A stretch of 64,000 nt of DNA. It comes from Bacillota bacterium. Lineage in GTDB: Bacteria > Bacillota > Sulfobacillia > Fermentithermobacillales > Fermentithermobacillaceae. The notes beneath the pieces were generated by a model that was not told the origin of the DNA, searched no databases, and saw only the letters and a list, made by a program, of their open reading frames with translations. Made by a program: the position numbers and the translations under genes. This document shows positions 1 to 9,171 of this stretch, in pieces. The stretch covers positions 3,211 through 67,210 of the forward strand of contig JBLNCN010000004.1 in the NCBI GenBank assembly GCA_050260675.1. The letters are read 5' to 3'. The stretch's first letter is position 1. Every line of letters begins with the position of its first letter.

Positions 1-166
1 CCCCGCGAAACGCAGGGAAATCCGAGATGTCGACGTACAGGTCGTGATCGGCAAAACCGATCTCTGACACACCCTTGCGGATGGCCGTCTTCACGAAGTC
101 GTGGAGCCGCTCTCCGGGGTTCTCCACGTCAAGGTGGCCGAGCAGATGAACATGGTAGTCAACCAG
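1..166 (-). CDS. PHP-domain protein (histidinol-phosphatase-like), 5' part only; runs off window start
   Basis: Manual translation gives LVDYHVHLLGH...AIRKGVSEIGFADHD, the PHP DxHxH and G-x-x-DH motifs. No ATG nearby; possible CTG start at 166 behind AGGGGG. Not in the ORF track. Confidence 0.75.
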   Translation of the reverse strand, partial: MVDYHVHLLGHLDVENPGERLHDFVKTAIRKGVSEIGFADHDLYVDISDFPAFRG

Positions 167-227
167 CGTAGGCTTCGCCCCCTGCGTGTCGCTGCGGCCC
201 CGCTGGCTTGGGTTAGGTCGCGACCCT

Positions 228-1310
228 CTACGCGCTCCGCGGAGTCCGCCTTCGCGAATTCTCCTTGATGCGTTCGATCTCCTCGTCAGTCACGGCCCTC
301 TCAAAACTGCGGAACCCCGCTACCTGGAATCCGTGCTTCTTCGCTAGTTTCGAGATCCCGGTTACTCCTTCGATAGTGAGGTCACGGCCGAGGCTCCAGT
401 CGACGTACTTCTCCTCCATGGCCAGGATCATGGTCTCGGCCATGCACGCGTAACTGGTTTTCTCCGGGAAACCGAAGTTGAAGTTGAACTCCACGTCTCC
501 GGGAACGTTCACCACGCCGCCCTCGATTATGAGGACGTCATCCCGCTTCTTCTTCACTTCTATTGAGACGTTTCTCGGACGGGAAACGTCGCAGACCAGC
601 GCGCCGGGCTTCAGATCCTCGGGCTCGATTAGCGAGTCTATGGCTGAACTCACGCACATGACGACATCAGCCTGCCTGACCGCGGAACGCAGGTCGGCGG
701 TAACCCTGGGGAGCATGCCTGTGCGATCGCGGATGGAGTCTGCGACCTTTTGAAGCCTGCCCAGGTCCCGGGCACAGAGAGTGAGGTGCCGTCCCTCGTC
801 GGCCATTATGTACGAAAGCACTTTTCCGATTGAGCCGGTCGCGCCCAGGACCAGCACATTGGCTTCGTCCATGTCGATCTCCATGAGGCGGGCAGCCTTC
901 TCGGCGGCTTCGATGGCGGTCGCGACTGTGTAGCTGTTGCCCGTGGTCACGGCTATGTCGACATTCTTGCGGATCGTTACCCCTGCGTCGCCCACAACTG
1001 ACGTGAACGCGCCAAGCCCGACCACCTTGGCCCCAAGCTCGGCAGCCTTGTTGCAGGCGGCGATGATCTTGCCGGTAACCCGGGGTTCAGGAAGCCCCAG
1101 CATCAGACGCGGAGTCAGGGGACATGAGACAAAGTAACCCTCCGCCACGCCGTGAGGAGACTGTACTCCGGTGATATGAGAGACCTTGATGGGCGGCGCA
1201 TACGACAGAGCCCTTTCGACCAGCTTCGGCGGCAGATGTCTTGCGAACGGGTATTTGCGGTATACGTCTGTGACGTCGATCGGATGGATGATGAAGCCAA
1301 AGGTTCCCAA
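228..1310 (-). CDS. Acyl-ACP reductase-like NAD(P)-dependent oxidoreductase (COG5322-type; often labelled shikimate dehydrogenase)
   Basis: FGFIIHP N-terminus, GLGAFTS, TTGNSYT, Rossmann GATGSIG, and ACMAE matching the ACFAE catalytic-Cys motif of cyanobacterial AAR. Confidence 0.8.
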   Translation of the reverse strand: MGTFGFIIHPIDVTDVYRKYPFARHLPPKLVERALSYAPPIKVSHITGVQSPHGVAEGYFVSCPLTPRLMLGLPEPRVTGKIIAACNKAAELGAKVVGLGAFTSVVGDAGVTIRKNVDIAVTTGNSYTVATAIEAAEKAARLMEIDMDEANVLVLGATGSIGKVLSYIMADEGRHLTLCARDLGRLQKVADSIRDRTGMLPRVTADLRSAVRQADVVMCVSSAIDSLIEPEDLKPGALVCDVSRPRNVSIEVKKKRDDVLIIEGGVVNVPGDVEFNFNFGFPEKTSYACMAETMILAMEEKYVDWSLGRDLTIEGVTGISKLAKKHGFQVAGFRSFERAVTDEEIERIKENSRRRTPRSA

Positions 1311-1406
1311 GATGATACCTCCGCGATTAGGGGAGGCGAGACTCCCCCGACTGAGCTGGTCCTGCCGTCTCTCGCTGACTCTGTGGCTCTATGCGCTACC
1401 CGCCGC

Positions 1407-2339
1407 CTACGACGCCGGGACGAGCGACGGCTCGTTCAGCACCGTAATCCGCGGCTTAAAGTCCAGTCTGTCCAGTATTCCGTTGACGTCTTCCGTTGTG
1501 ATCTCCTCGGGCCTCTTGCCCAGGAGGGCGACAACGACGCCTTCCAGGACGTTGGTGCCAAACGAGCGACCGTCCATCTCGGGGGTGGTTGTGATCAGAG
1601 TGCTGATACCCCTCCGCTTAAGCTCGGCCACGTCTTCCTCGGTCGTCGTATTGGTGATAACCGACTGGCCATTCATCTTCTCAGGCATCCACTTATTAAC
1701 ATAGTGCCAGTCGCCCGCTACAATGTCGGATTGCTCGTACCACTTGGACTGCCTGGGGTTGAGCTTGCGGTTGTCCTGCTTGTCACCCGTGGGGTACAGC
1801 ATGGAGAACGGCAACCTGGTCACTATCGGGGCGATCAGCCTGGCAACCCTGTCGAGCGCATCCAGGGAACGCAGCGGAATCGGGACCCCGAGGACGAAAA
1901 TGAGATCCCCCAGGATCAGGTTGCAGCCCGTCTCATGTAGGGCTTCAGCCATCCCGAACCGGTCGACGCCGCTCACCATGAGGACGGTCTTGCCGGCCAA
2001 GGGCACCTTCGCTTCATTGGCCAGGTACTTGATCACCCGCCGCTCCAACGTGGCTTTCAGCCCGCTGCCATCCACGATAGGAGTCTTCTTGGCGGCTCTG
2101 GCGATAGGAATGGCGTCCTTCAGCATGTATCTCGACCGGCCGCATCCGACGTAGAGGTCGATACCGCCCATTCCAAACGCGTCGACCTTCCCATCCAGTT
2201 CTTTTATGAGTTCAATGGCTTTTGGGATGGAGCCATCGGTCCCGATCCTCTCCACGACGAACTGCTCGCCCAAGAACTCCTGCTCCGTCCTCTTGTTTCG
2301 CTTGGAAGACCCCAGGCTCACGCTCACAACGTGCTTCAC
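1407..2339 (-). CDS. Conserved hypothetical protein (often labelled quinate 5-dehydrogenase), partner of the AAR-like gene
   Basis: MKHVVSVSLGSSKR N-terminus, GMGGIDLY, DGSGLK and GRSFGTNVLE motifs; co-oriented in the operon. Confidence 0.7.
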   Translation of the reverse strand: MKHVVSVSLGSSKRNKRTEQEFLGEQFVVERIGTDGSIPKAIELIKELDGKVDAFGMGGIDLYVGCGRSRYMLKDAIPIARAAKKTPIVDGSGLKATLERRVIKYLANEAKVPLAGKTVLMVSGVDRFGMAEALHETGCNLILGDLIFVLGVPIPLRSLDALDRVARLIAPIVTRLPFSMLYPTGDKQDNRKLNPRQSKWYEQSDIVAGDWHYVNKWMPEKMNGQSVITNTTTEEDVAELKRRGISTLITTTPEMDGRSFGTNVLEGVVVALLGKRPEEITTEDVNGILDRLDFKPRITVLNEPSLVPAS

Positions 2340-2354
2340 GGGAATGACCCCTTT

Positions 2355-2885
2355 CTACCCTTTCAGGTTCCTTATGGTCTCACGGAGAGACTCCGGGTCA
2401 ACGGTAACATCGCGGGACAACGGCGAACGCCCGATGGTTATGGTCACAACCTCGGTGTTCTTATCAAGCAGGCCCTTCATGATCTCGAGACGCTTGTCGG
2501 AGCCGATGAGGATGACTTTCTGGTACCTGCGGAACGAACCGATCAGCCCCATGAGGTCGTTCAGGAGGTCTATGCCGCTCTTCCCCTTCACGAAATCCCA
2601 CCGCTCGTCATCGTTCATCACTAGCACAAACTCGACGCCTTCCTCTCGGGCTACCCTCTTGATCTCCTCGCAGTTGGACAGAGGAAAGCCCACCAGAGCC
2701 ATTGAGCCTCCCTTGCGGAGCTCGCCAAGCGTTTCGAGGCGGGAGATGAAGGTGCGGTCAAGCCCCATCTGGCTCGCAACCTCAGCCTGGGAGAGACCCT
2801 TCGCCCTGCGTGTGAGGATATCGTCGATGGCCTCGTTGATCTTCTCCCGGCTCACGATCTTGTCTCCTATCCTCACGAAATCCAC
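2355..2885 (-). CDS. HTH (XRE-like) transcriptional regulator
   Basis: GLSQAEVASQMGLDRTFISRLE helix-turn-helix; first gene of the operon. Confidence 0.8.
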   Translation of the reverse strand: MDFVRIGDKIVSREKINEAIDDILTRRAKGLSQAEVASQMGLDRTFISRLETLGELRKGGSMALVGFPLSNCEEIKRVAREEGVEFVLVMNDDERWDFVKGKSGIDLLNDLMGLIGSFRRYQKVILIGSDKRLEIMKGLLDKNTEVVTITIGRSPLSRDVTVDPESLRETIRNLKG

Positions 2886-2898
2886 AGTGCCACCACCT

Positions 2899-2923
2899 TG
2901 TGCACAACTCTGTGTACATCATA
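2899..2923 (-). promoter_or_regulatory. Palindromic operator overlapping a putative -10 box
   Basis: TGTGCACA-ACTC-TGTGTACA (2899-2918) next to minus-strand TATGAT (2918-2923), just upstream of the HTH gene. Confidence 0.55.
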
Positions 2924-3083
2924 CAAGGGACTGTGAGAGGAAGCAAGTGCGCACGCAGTCAGGCTGTTCCAGATTGGTTTTTTGGGGCTATGAGCTGCTC
3001 AAGGGGCGGCGGAAGCAGGCTGCGCGGGTCTTTGGAGCAGCGAGGGCCTTTGAGGATCTCTAGCGACGGTAGTACCGGTATCC

Positions 3084-4133
3084 CTAATGGGTCTTGCCGG
3101 CTTCCCCAAGGAGCCGTAGGACGTTCTCCGGCGACTTCTCGCTCATAAGCCGCTCCCGCAACCTTGCGGCTCCCTCGATACCGCGGAAGTAGAAGGCCAG
3201 TTGCTTGCGCATGTCCAAGACGCCGCGGACCGGCCCGTATTTGTCCACTGAACGGCGGAAATGCTCGGCGGCGAGAGCCATCTTCCTCTCAGGAGTGTAC
3301 GGCAGGGGCTCCTGACCCTCGAGGAGCCGACCGAGGTCTTCGAATATCACAGGATTCCCCAGCATGGCCCTGCCGATCATGACGCCGGCAACTGCGCTCC
3401 CGCTACTCCGACCGGCATCTGTGCCGTCGCTCTGCCCGCCGTCGCTCTGCCCGCCGTCTACCCCGCCTTCGTTGGGGTTTCCCAACCTCGCGATGATGCC
3501 GGCAGCCGAGGACACGTCTCCATTGCCTACAACGGGGATGTCGACGGCCCGCGCTGCCCTCTCGATGGCGTCCCAGTCGGCCTTACCCGAATACCCTTGC
3601 ACGACCGTCCGCCCGTGGACCACCAGCATGTCCAATCCGGCTCCGGCCAAAGTTACGGCCATATCCTCCACGTACTCGGCGTCGTCCCAGCCTATTCGGG
3701 CCTTGGCTGAGACAGGCAGACGGGTCTCCGACTTGACCGCCCTCACCATTTCGGCGGCCAACCGAAGGTCCTTGAGCAGCGCCCCGCCTGAGCCCTGTGA
3801 GGTGATCTTCCGCGCGGGGCAGCCCATGTTGATGTCGATGCAGTCGAACTCCCAACCCTCGTCCTCGAGCTTTCTTACAGCACGGGCGAGGTCTTCGGGG
3901 TCGTAGCCAAAGAGTTGAACGCCGAGCGGCCTATCCTTTGGGCTATGCTCCAGTATCTCGGCGGAATCGTCGCCGCCCAGGACGAATCCCTTGGCGCTGA
4001 CCATCTCGGTGACGCAGTAGGGGCACCCATGCTCCCTCAAGATCTCCCGGTAGACCCCGCCAGTGTACCCCGCCATCGGAGCGGCCAGCACAGGGGGCCA
4101 TATGGAGAGGCCGCCGAACTCTAGCGGTTTCAC
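3084..4133 (-). CDS. dusB: tRNA-dihydrouridine synthase
   Basis: LAAPMAG, TEMVSA, QLFG, DINMGCP, HGRT, GNGDV and GVMIGR motifs. Confidence 0.93.
   Translation of the reverse strand: MKPLEFGGLSIWPPVLAAPMAGYTGGVYREILREHGCPYCVTEMVSAKGFVLGGDDSAEILEHSPKDRPLGVQLFGYDPEDLARAVRKLEDEGWEFDCIDINMGCPARKITSQGSGGALLKDLRLAAEMVRAVKSETRLPVSAKARIGWDDAEYVEDMAVTLAGAGLDMLVVHGRTVVQGYSGKADWDAIERAARAVDIPVVGNGDVSSAAGIIARLGNPNEGGVDGGQSDGGQSDGTDAGRSSGSAVAGVMIGRAMLGNPVIFEDLGRLLEGQEPLPYTPERKMALAAEHFRRSVDKYGPVRGVLDMRKQLAFYFRGIEGAARLRERLMSEKSPENVLRLLGEAGKTH
3423..3467. repeat. 15-bp in-frame tandem repeat inside dusB
   Basis: GCCGTCGCTCTGCCC twice plus a degenerate copy; encodes the GGQSD-GGQSD loop insertion. Confidence 0.8.
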
Positions 4134-4546
4134 TGCAGCGTGGCCTCTGAGGCGGAGACACCCGATTCCGCCATCACCTTTTCGGCGACGTATATGGGAG
4201 CGCCCTTGCGGAGGGCAATAGCGAGAGCGTCAGAAGGCCTGCAGTCCAGTTCCACGTCGCGTTCCCCGTGCCTTAGCACCAGTTTGGCGTGGAAGATGTC
4301 GTCCTTCACCTCGTCGACGACCATCATGGTGACGCTCGCGCCCAAGCCATCCATGGCGGCCACAAACAAGTCCGCGGTGAGGGGTCTCGGCGGCGTGAGA
4401 CCCTCGAGAGGGATGGCGATGGACGTAGCTTCGGGAGCCCGGATCCAGATCGGGATGTACGTGGTCTTGGAGAGATCCGCCAGAACCACCACGGCCTGCT
4501 CCAGGTCCTGGTCAAACCCAAGCCGCAGAACCGTGACTTGGATCAT
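4130..4546 (-). CDS. Bifunctional nuclease family protein (DUF151)
   Basis: IPIWI..PEA, RPLTADL and CRPSDALAIALR motifs; start moved to ATG 4546 behind a GGGGGA RBS. Confidence 0.88.
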   Translation of the reverse strand: MIQVTVLRLGFDQDLEQAVVVLADLSKTTYIPIWIRAPEATSIAIPLEGLTPPRPLTADLFVAAMDGLGASVTMMVVDEVKDDIFHAKLVLRHGERDVELDCRPSDALAIALRKGAPIYVAEKVMAESGVSASEATLQ

Positions 4547-4557
4547 CGCGATCCCCC

Positions 4558-5946
4558 CTACGTCCAGTCTATTTCGCTGGCCGACCCAAAACGACCCAGC
4601 ATCGACTCGAATGCCCGTTTTATATTCTCCAGTTCCCCTTCGGTCTTTGCCTCCGCCCGCAGCACCAGCGCGGGCTGGGTATTGGACGCCCGGAGCAGGC
4701 CCCATCCGCCGGGGAAGAGCACGCGGGCGCCGTCTACTGTGATTACCTCATTGGTCTTGGCGAACTCTGCCGACACTTTGGCCACGATCTCGAACTTCTC
4801 GCTATCGGGACAGTGTATTCGGATCTCAGGCGTTGAGAAGTATTTGGGGACAGAAGACAGGTGCTCGCCTACGCTTTTGCCTGTCGTGGTCAGGATACGG
4901 AGCAGTCTTGCCGCTGCATAGACCGCATCGTCATAGCCGTAGTATTCGTGCTTAAAGAACATGTGGCCGGACATCTCGCCGGTGAACAGCGCCCCCGCTT
5001 CGCGCATCCTCGCTTTGACGAGGGAATGCCCCGTCCGCGTGAACTCGGGCCTGCCACCCATCTTCTCGACGGCCTCAACCAGCGCCTGCGAACACTTAAC
5101 CTCTATCAGGGCAAGGGCTCCCGGGTTCTTCGGAAGTATCTCCTGCCAGAAGACCACCTGGAGTTCATCACCCCAGACAGGCCTGCCGGAAGCATCAACA
5201 ACTCCTATCCTGTCGGCATCCCCGTCAAAACCGATCCCAAGGTCTGCTCCGGTAGAGGTAACCCTGTTGGCCAAGCTTTCGATGTTCTTCTTCTGAGTCG
5301 GATCCGGGTGATGATTGGGAAAAGAGCCGTCGGGCTCAAAGTACATCTCCTCGAAGTCGGCCCCGATCCGCTGGAAGATCTGCCGGGTTACCGGTCCGGC
5401 CGCTCCGTTTCCGCAGTCCACGACCACCCTCACCTTGTGCGGCCCCAACTTGATCCGCCCCACTACAGCGTCCACGTACGCAGGGATCGGGTCCTCGCTC
5501 GAGAGCGTTCCCTTGCCGTCAGCGAAGTTGCCGGCCTGGACTATCCTCCAGATCTTCTGGATCCCTTCACCGTAAAGCGTGTCGGGCCCAAGGGCCAGTT
5601 TGAAGCCATTGAACTCCGGGGGATTGTGGCTGCCGGTGACCATGGCGCCGCCTTCTATCCCGTACAGGATGCGGGAGAAGTAAAAGACCGGCGTGGTCAC
5701 CATACCGATATCCACAACGTCAATACCACATGCAAGCAGGCCGTCGGCCATGGCCTGAGAGTACGCGAAGGAAGAAAGCCGGCAGTCCCGGCCGACAACC
5801 GCTTTGGCCACGCCGTGTTCGCGGAGGAGAGTGCCGTAGGCCCGGCCCAGTATGTAGCTTGTCTTCTGAGTAAGGTCCTCGCCGACGAGGCCCCTAATGT
5901 CGTATTCGCGAAAGATCTGCGGGTTCAGTGCCACCAAAGATCTCAC
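4558..5946 (-). CDS. Phosphomannomutase/phosphoglucomutase
   Basis: IFREYDIRG, TGSHNP phosphoserine loop, FDGDADR metal loop, GEMSGH. Confidence 0.95.
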   Translation of the reverse strand: MRSLVALNPQIFREYDIRGLVGEDLTQKTSYILGRAYGTLLREHGVAKAVVGRDCRLSSFAYSQAMADGLLACGIDVVDIGMVTTPVFYFSRILYGIEGGAMVTGSHNPPEFNGFKLALGPDTLYGEGIQKIWRIVQAGNFADGKGTLSSEDPIPAYVDAVVGRIKLGPHKVRVVVDCGNGAAGPVTRQIFQRIGADFEEMYFEPDGSFPNHHPDPTQKKNIESLANRVTSTGADLGIGFDGDADRIGVVDASGRPVWGDELQVVFWQEILPKNPGALALIEVKCSQALVEAVEKMGGRPEFTRTGHSLVKARMREAGALFTGEMSGHMFFKHEYYGYDDAVYAAARLLRILTTTGKSVGEHLSSVPKYFSTPEIRIHCPDSEKFEIVAKVSAEFAKTNEVITVDGARVLFPGGWGLLRASNTQPALVLRAEAKTEGELENIKRAFESMLGRFGSASEIDWT

Positions 5947-5956
5947 CTCTAACCTC

Positions 5957-5985
5957 AGATTCTACCCTTGCCAGGGGATTCCTTT
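5957..5985 (-). promoter_or_regulatory. Putative sigmaH promoter for pgm/pmm
   Basis: Minus strand AAAGGAATC-N11-GTAGAATCT fits the Bacillus sigmaH consensus RNAGGAWWW-N11/12-RNNGAAT. Confidence 0.55.
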
Positions 5986-6040
5986 CCTCGTGTATCCCCG
6001 CGTCACGCGGGCAAGACTAGGCGTGAAGGGAGGTGAGCGC

Positions 6041-6397
6041 GTGACCGAGGTCAAATGCAAAGTGTCAACGTGCTACTACTGGGGCAACAACGATATCTGC
6101 AAAGCCGACTCGATCATGGTCGACAACGACACCAGATCCGCAGGTCGCGGTGTAAGCATGGAGGCCGGTGACCTGGAGATTAACACCGGCGGTGGTCGCA
6201 ATAGGAGGGCCGGCGACCGGTCCATCGTCACGGGATTCGAGGCAGGGGACCTGGATACCAGGATCGACGCACAGTCGGACGTCAAGAAGTCGGGAACCGA
6301 CGTCCTGTCCGGTAGCCACAGCACTAACCAGGCCCAGACTTCCCACGATACCATATGCAGCACGTTCAGGCCGAAAGGTTCGCAGCCCAGGCATTAG
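6041..6397 (+). CDS. DUF1540-like small Cys protein
   Basis: VKCKVSTCYYW...ICKADSI at the N-terminus and TICSTF at the C-terminus; GTG start after GGAGGTG. Confidence 0.75.
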   Translation: MTEVKCKVSTCYYWGNNDICKADSIMVDNDTRSAGRGVSMEAGDLEINTGGGRNRRAGDRSIVTGFEAGDLDTRIDAQSDVKKSGTDVLSGSHSTNQAQTSHDTICSTFRPKGSQPRH

Positions 6398-6428
6398 AAA
6401 GACAGGACGGTTAGTCGCGATGCAAGCA

Positions 6429-6457
6429 GAAAAGGGGCCGGGAATGGCCTCTTTTCT
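6429..6457. terminator. Intrinsic terminator
   Basis: GAAAAGGGGCC-loop-GGCCTCTTTTC inverted repeat after the DUF1540 gene. Confidence 0.6.
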
Positions 6458-6495
6458 GTAAGCGGCTTACAATGGAGATATGCGGGGAGTTACGG

Positions 6496-7266
6496 ATGGA
6501 GAGTGACGTGAAGATGCCGGACCCGGCTGGAGTATACGCGGCCAAGACGCTGCTTCCATGCAGAGGGATCGTATTCGACAAGGACGGCACCCTCCTGGAC
6601 ATCTGGCCCATGCTTACCGCGCTGGCCAAAGAGAGAAGACGGCACCTATCGGCCAGGGTGAGGCCGGACGCGGTTGACGCGGTGAGCGCTGCCGTGGGGT
6701 TTGACCCCAGGAGCGGCACGATAGCGCCGTTCGGGCCTCTAGCGTCCGCTGCCAAGCGCGATGAGATCGCGATCGCCGCCGGGGCACTGTGGGCCAAGGG
6801 GATCCCGTGGCACCAAGCTCATTCGATCGCTCGCGACTCCTACGATGAGGCCGACCGCACACTGGACATAACCGCCGGCGTGCAGGCGTTTCCGGGCGTT
6901 CCTGAGACCCTGGCCGCCTTATCCCAGGCGGGACTCCTTCTATTCGTGGTCACCGCAGACAGCCACGACCGGGCTGAACGCATGCTGTCCTACCTAGGCC
7001 TAACCCAGTACATAACGGGGATCGTCGGCGCGGACGAAGTAACTCGCACCAAACCCGATCCTGAAGCGGTGCTGGCGTGCGCGGCAAAAGCGGGGCTCGC
7101 TCCCGGCCAGATAGTAGTTGTAGGAGACGGACCTCAAGACGCCCTCATGGGCAGGCGCGCCGGAGCGAAGGCCATCGGCGTCCTGACCGGCGTCGCGACC
7201 TACGACGACCTGCAGGGTTACTGCGACGCCGTCCTTCCGAGCGTATCTGACATACGGCCGGCGTAG
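6496..7266 (+). CDS. HAD-superfamily hydrolase
   Basis: FDKDGTL motif I, VT motif II, KPDP, VGDGPQD motif IV. Confidence 0.88.
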   Translation: MESDVKMPDPAGVYAAKTLLPCRGIVFDKDGTLLDIWPMLTALAKERRRHLSARVRPDAVDAVSAAVGFDPRSGTIAPFGPLASAAKRDEIAIAAGALWAKGIPWHQAHSIARDSYDEADRTLDITAGVQAFPGVPETLAALSQAGLLLFVVTADSHDRAERMLSYLGLTQYITGIVGADEVTRTKPDPEAVLACAAKAGLAPGQIVVVGDGPQDALMGRRAGAKAIGVLTGVATYDDLQGYCDAVLPSVSDIRPA

Positions 7267-8034
7267 TTATTGGTTCTTCTCATATATGAGGTACAGGCCG
7301 TCCAGGACGAGGAACTGGTCGACGACCTCGATGGTCGCGGACTCTTCCGACACCATTTTCGCAAGCCCGCCGGTGGCTATGACCCGGGGAGTCCCGCTCA
7401 TTTCCTTGGCTATCCTTCGGATAAGGCCGTCCGCCAACCCGGCGAACCCGTAGACGACCCCGGACTGCATCCCCTGGGCCGTGGTCTTCCCTATCGCGGT
7501 CTGCGGTCTTGCGAGCTCAATCCTAGGTAGCTTGGCGGCTTTCTCAAAGAGGGCGTCCAGGGAGGTCAGGATGCCTGGCGCCACGGCTCCACCAAGGTAG
7601 TTGCCGTCGGCGGAAACTACGTCAAATGTGGTGGCAGTGCCGAAGTCCACTATTATGGCCGGTCCGCCGTACTTGTGCAGAGCGGCCACCGCGTGTGCGA
7701 TCCTATCAGGGCCGACTTCCTTGGGGTTCTCAAACTTAACGTTGATCCCGGTCTTGGTGCCGGGGCCAACGACAAGCGGCTCCTTGCCTGCGTACTTCAG
7801 GATCGCCCGCTCCAGGACCGGTGTCATGGGCGGCACGACCGAGGCTATCACCGCTCCTCGCAGACCCTTCGGCGTGAGCCCGATGGTAGTGAGGAACGAG
7901 AGGAACAGCATGCCGTACTCGTCTTCGGTCCTGTGACGGTCGGTAGAGATCCGCCAGTGATGCTGGATCTTCCCGTCCCTGCCGTACACGCCGAGGGCGA
8001 TTTGAGTATTGCCGGCATCTATCGCGAGGAGCAT
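7267..8034 (-). CDS. coaX: Type III pantothenate kinase
   Basis: AIDAGNT, ASVVP, VGPDR, VDFGTATT, IATGG. Confidence 0.95.
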   Translation of the reverse strand: MLLAIDAGNTQIALGVYGRDGKIQHHWRISTDRHRTEDEYGMLFLSFLTTIGLTPKGLRGAVIASVVPPMTPVLERAILKYAGKEPLVVGPGTKTGINVKFENPKEVGPDRIAHAVAALHKYGGPAIIVDFGTATTFDVVSADGNYLGGAVAPGILTSLDALFEKAAKLPRIELARPQTAIGKTTAQGMQSGVVYGFAGLADGLIRRIAKEMSGTPRVIATGGLAKMVSEESATIEVVDQFLVLDGLYLIYEKNQ

Positions 8035-8094
8035 CGCCTATTCCTCCTAATGGACGAATATGTGACCGACGAACTCACGTGCCGGCGGACTCGC

Positions 8095-8823
8095 CTATTC
8101 GCTCTTGCGGCCCCTGATCAGGCCCTCGGTACCCTTGTACACAAGGCTGGTGAGGATCACCGCCACAGCAGCCTCAGGCAGGCCGTTTGCCAAACCAATG
8201 CCCAGCGCAACCTCGGCAGGCATGTGGCCGAACGCCACGATCAGGCCCAGGACCAGGACCGTATTGGTCAAGCTGCCGGCCGCAGCAGCAAGAGCGGGCC
8301 CGTGACCGAACTTCTTGTCAAGGAAACTGAAGATCAAGACTGCAAGCCCACCGGCGACTATCCCGATGAGATAGCGGATTGCCGCAGCGCCGGCCACAGA
8401 CGCAGACAACACGTAACCGGTGTAACCGGCCAAGCCCGCCATGACCACGGCAAGGACCGCGCGCCCCTTAACGCCTCTTACCAGCGCAAACACATAGTAC
8501 GCGACGATGCCGATCAGGATCCGCGGCAGCACGGCAATAACGGGGTTGCTGAAGATAACCTTCTCGATGGGGCTGCCGATGTTCTGAGCCTGCCACATGC
8601 TGAAGAGCCCGAACATGGCTCCAACCACGCCTCCGAGAACAGGGCCTTCAATGATGCCTGCCAAGATGGTGGGTATGTGCATGGTGGTGATGGCTATTCC
8701 CGGGAGCTGTATGAACCCCAGTTGAGGCGTCATTCCCAGGACAACTGTGATCGCTCCGAGGACTCCGGTGAACGCAATCTGACGGGCCGAAAACTTAAGG
8801 GAACCTGCTCCTGCGGAACCCAT
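8095..8823 (-). CDS. panT: ECF transporter S component, pantothenate-type
   Basis: LGFI..ITTMHIP, AVLPRILIG, GSLTNTVLVL, ANGLPEA; directly upstream of coaX; ATG 8823 with GGAGG RBS. Confidence 0.8.
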   Translation of the reverse strand: MGSAGAGSLKFSARQIAFTGVLGAITVVLGMTPQLGFIQLPGIAITTMHIPTILAGIIEGPVLGGVVGAMFGLFSMWQAQNIGSPIEKVIFSNPVIAVLPRILIGIVAYYVFALVRGVKGRAVLAVVMAGLAGYTGYVLSASVAGAAAIRYLIGIVAGGLAVLIFSFLDKKFGHGPALAAAAGSLTNTVLVLGLIVAFGHMPAEVALGIGLANGLPEAAVAVILTSLVYKGTEGLIRGRKSE

Positions 8824-8838
8824 GTAGAGGTGCACCTC

Positions 8839-8870
8839 CGTTCCGGCTCCTCTCCCAAGGATGCCGGTCG
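8839..8870 (-). ncRNA. Candidate pan RNA motif (bulged-A hairpin) in the panT-coaX leader
   Basis: CG-A-CCGGC-A-TCCT-TGGGAG-AGGA-GCCGG-AA-CG stem with unpaired As, abutting the RBS of a pantothenate operon. Confidence 0.45.
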
Positions 8871-9171
8871 TGTGAGATAGGTATTGGTCCCTACGCTGCG
8901 CTTCCGACAACCCGCACTCCGGGCGCGGATCGCGAGTCCGGTGGCTACACCTACCGGCCCGCCTTCCGCTGCCAGATCTGCCGCAGCATCCGGGGTAACA
9001 TCCGCTGCAACACCTGCGGCAGCGAGGTGTCGCGCCTGCACTCTTCGCCGGGTCTGCTGTAAGCCTGCAGCCGGTGACCAGCCCTATTCTATACCTGAAT
9101 TGCGATACAAGTCACCAGTGGCGTCCTCTGCTCGAAAGTGCGAAGTGTGTCCCGAGAACGGTCTTGCGAGA

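Noticed and set aside
4861-5952. 363-aa plus-strand ORF
   Set aside because: Antisense shadow of the phosphomannomutase gene.
7675-8880. 401-aa plus-strand ORF
   Set aside because: Antisense shadow of coaX and panT; no motifs, and expected in GC-rich DNA.
8730-9041. 103-aa Ala-rich ORF in the panT leader
   Set aside because: Weak RBS, overlaps panT out of frame, no motif; treated as leader RNA.
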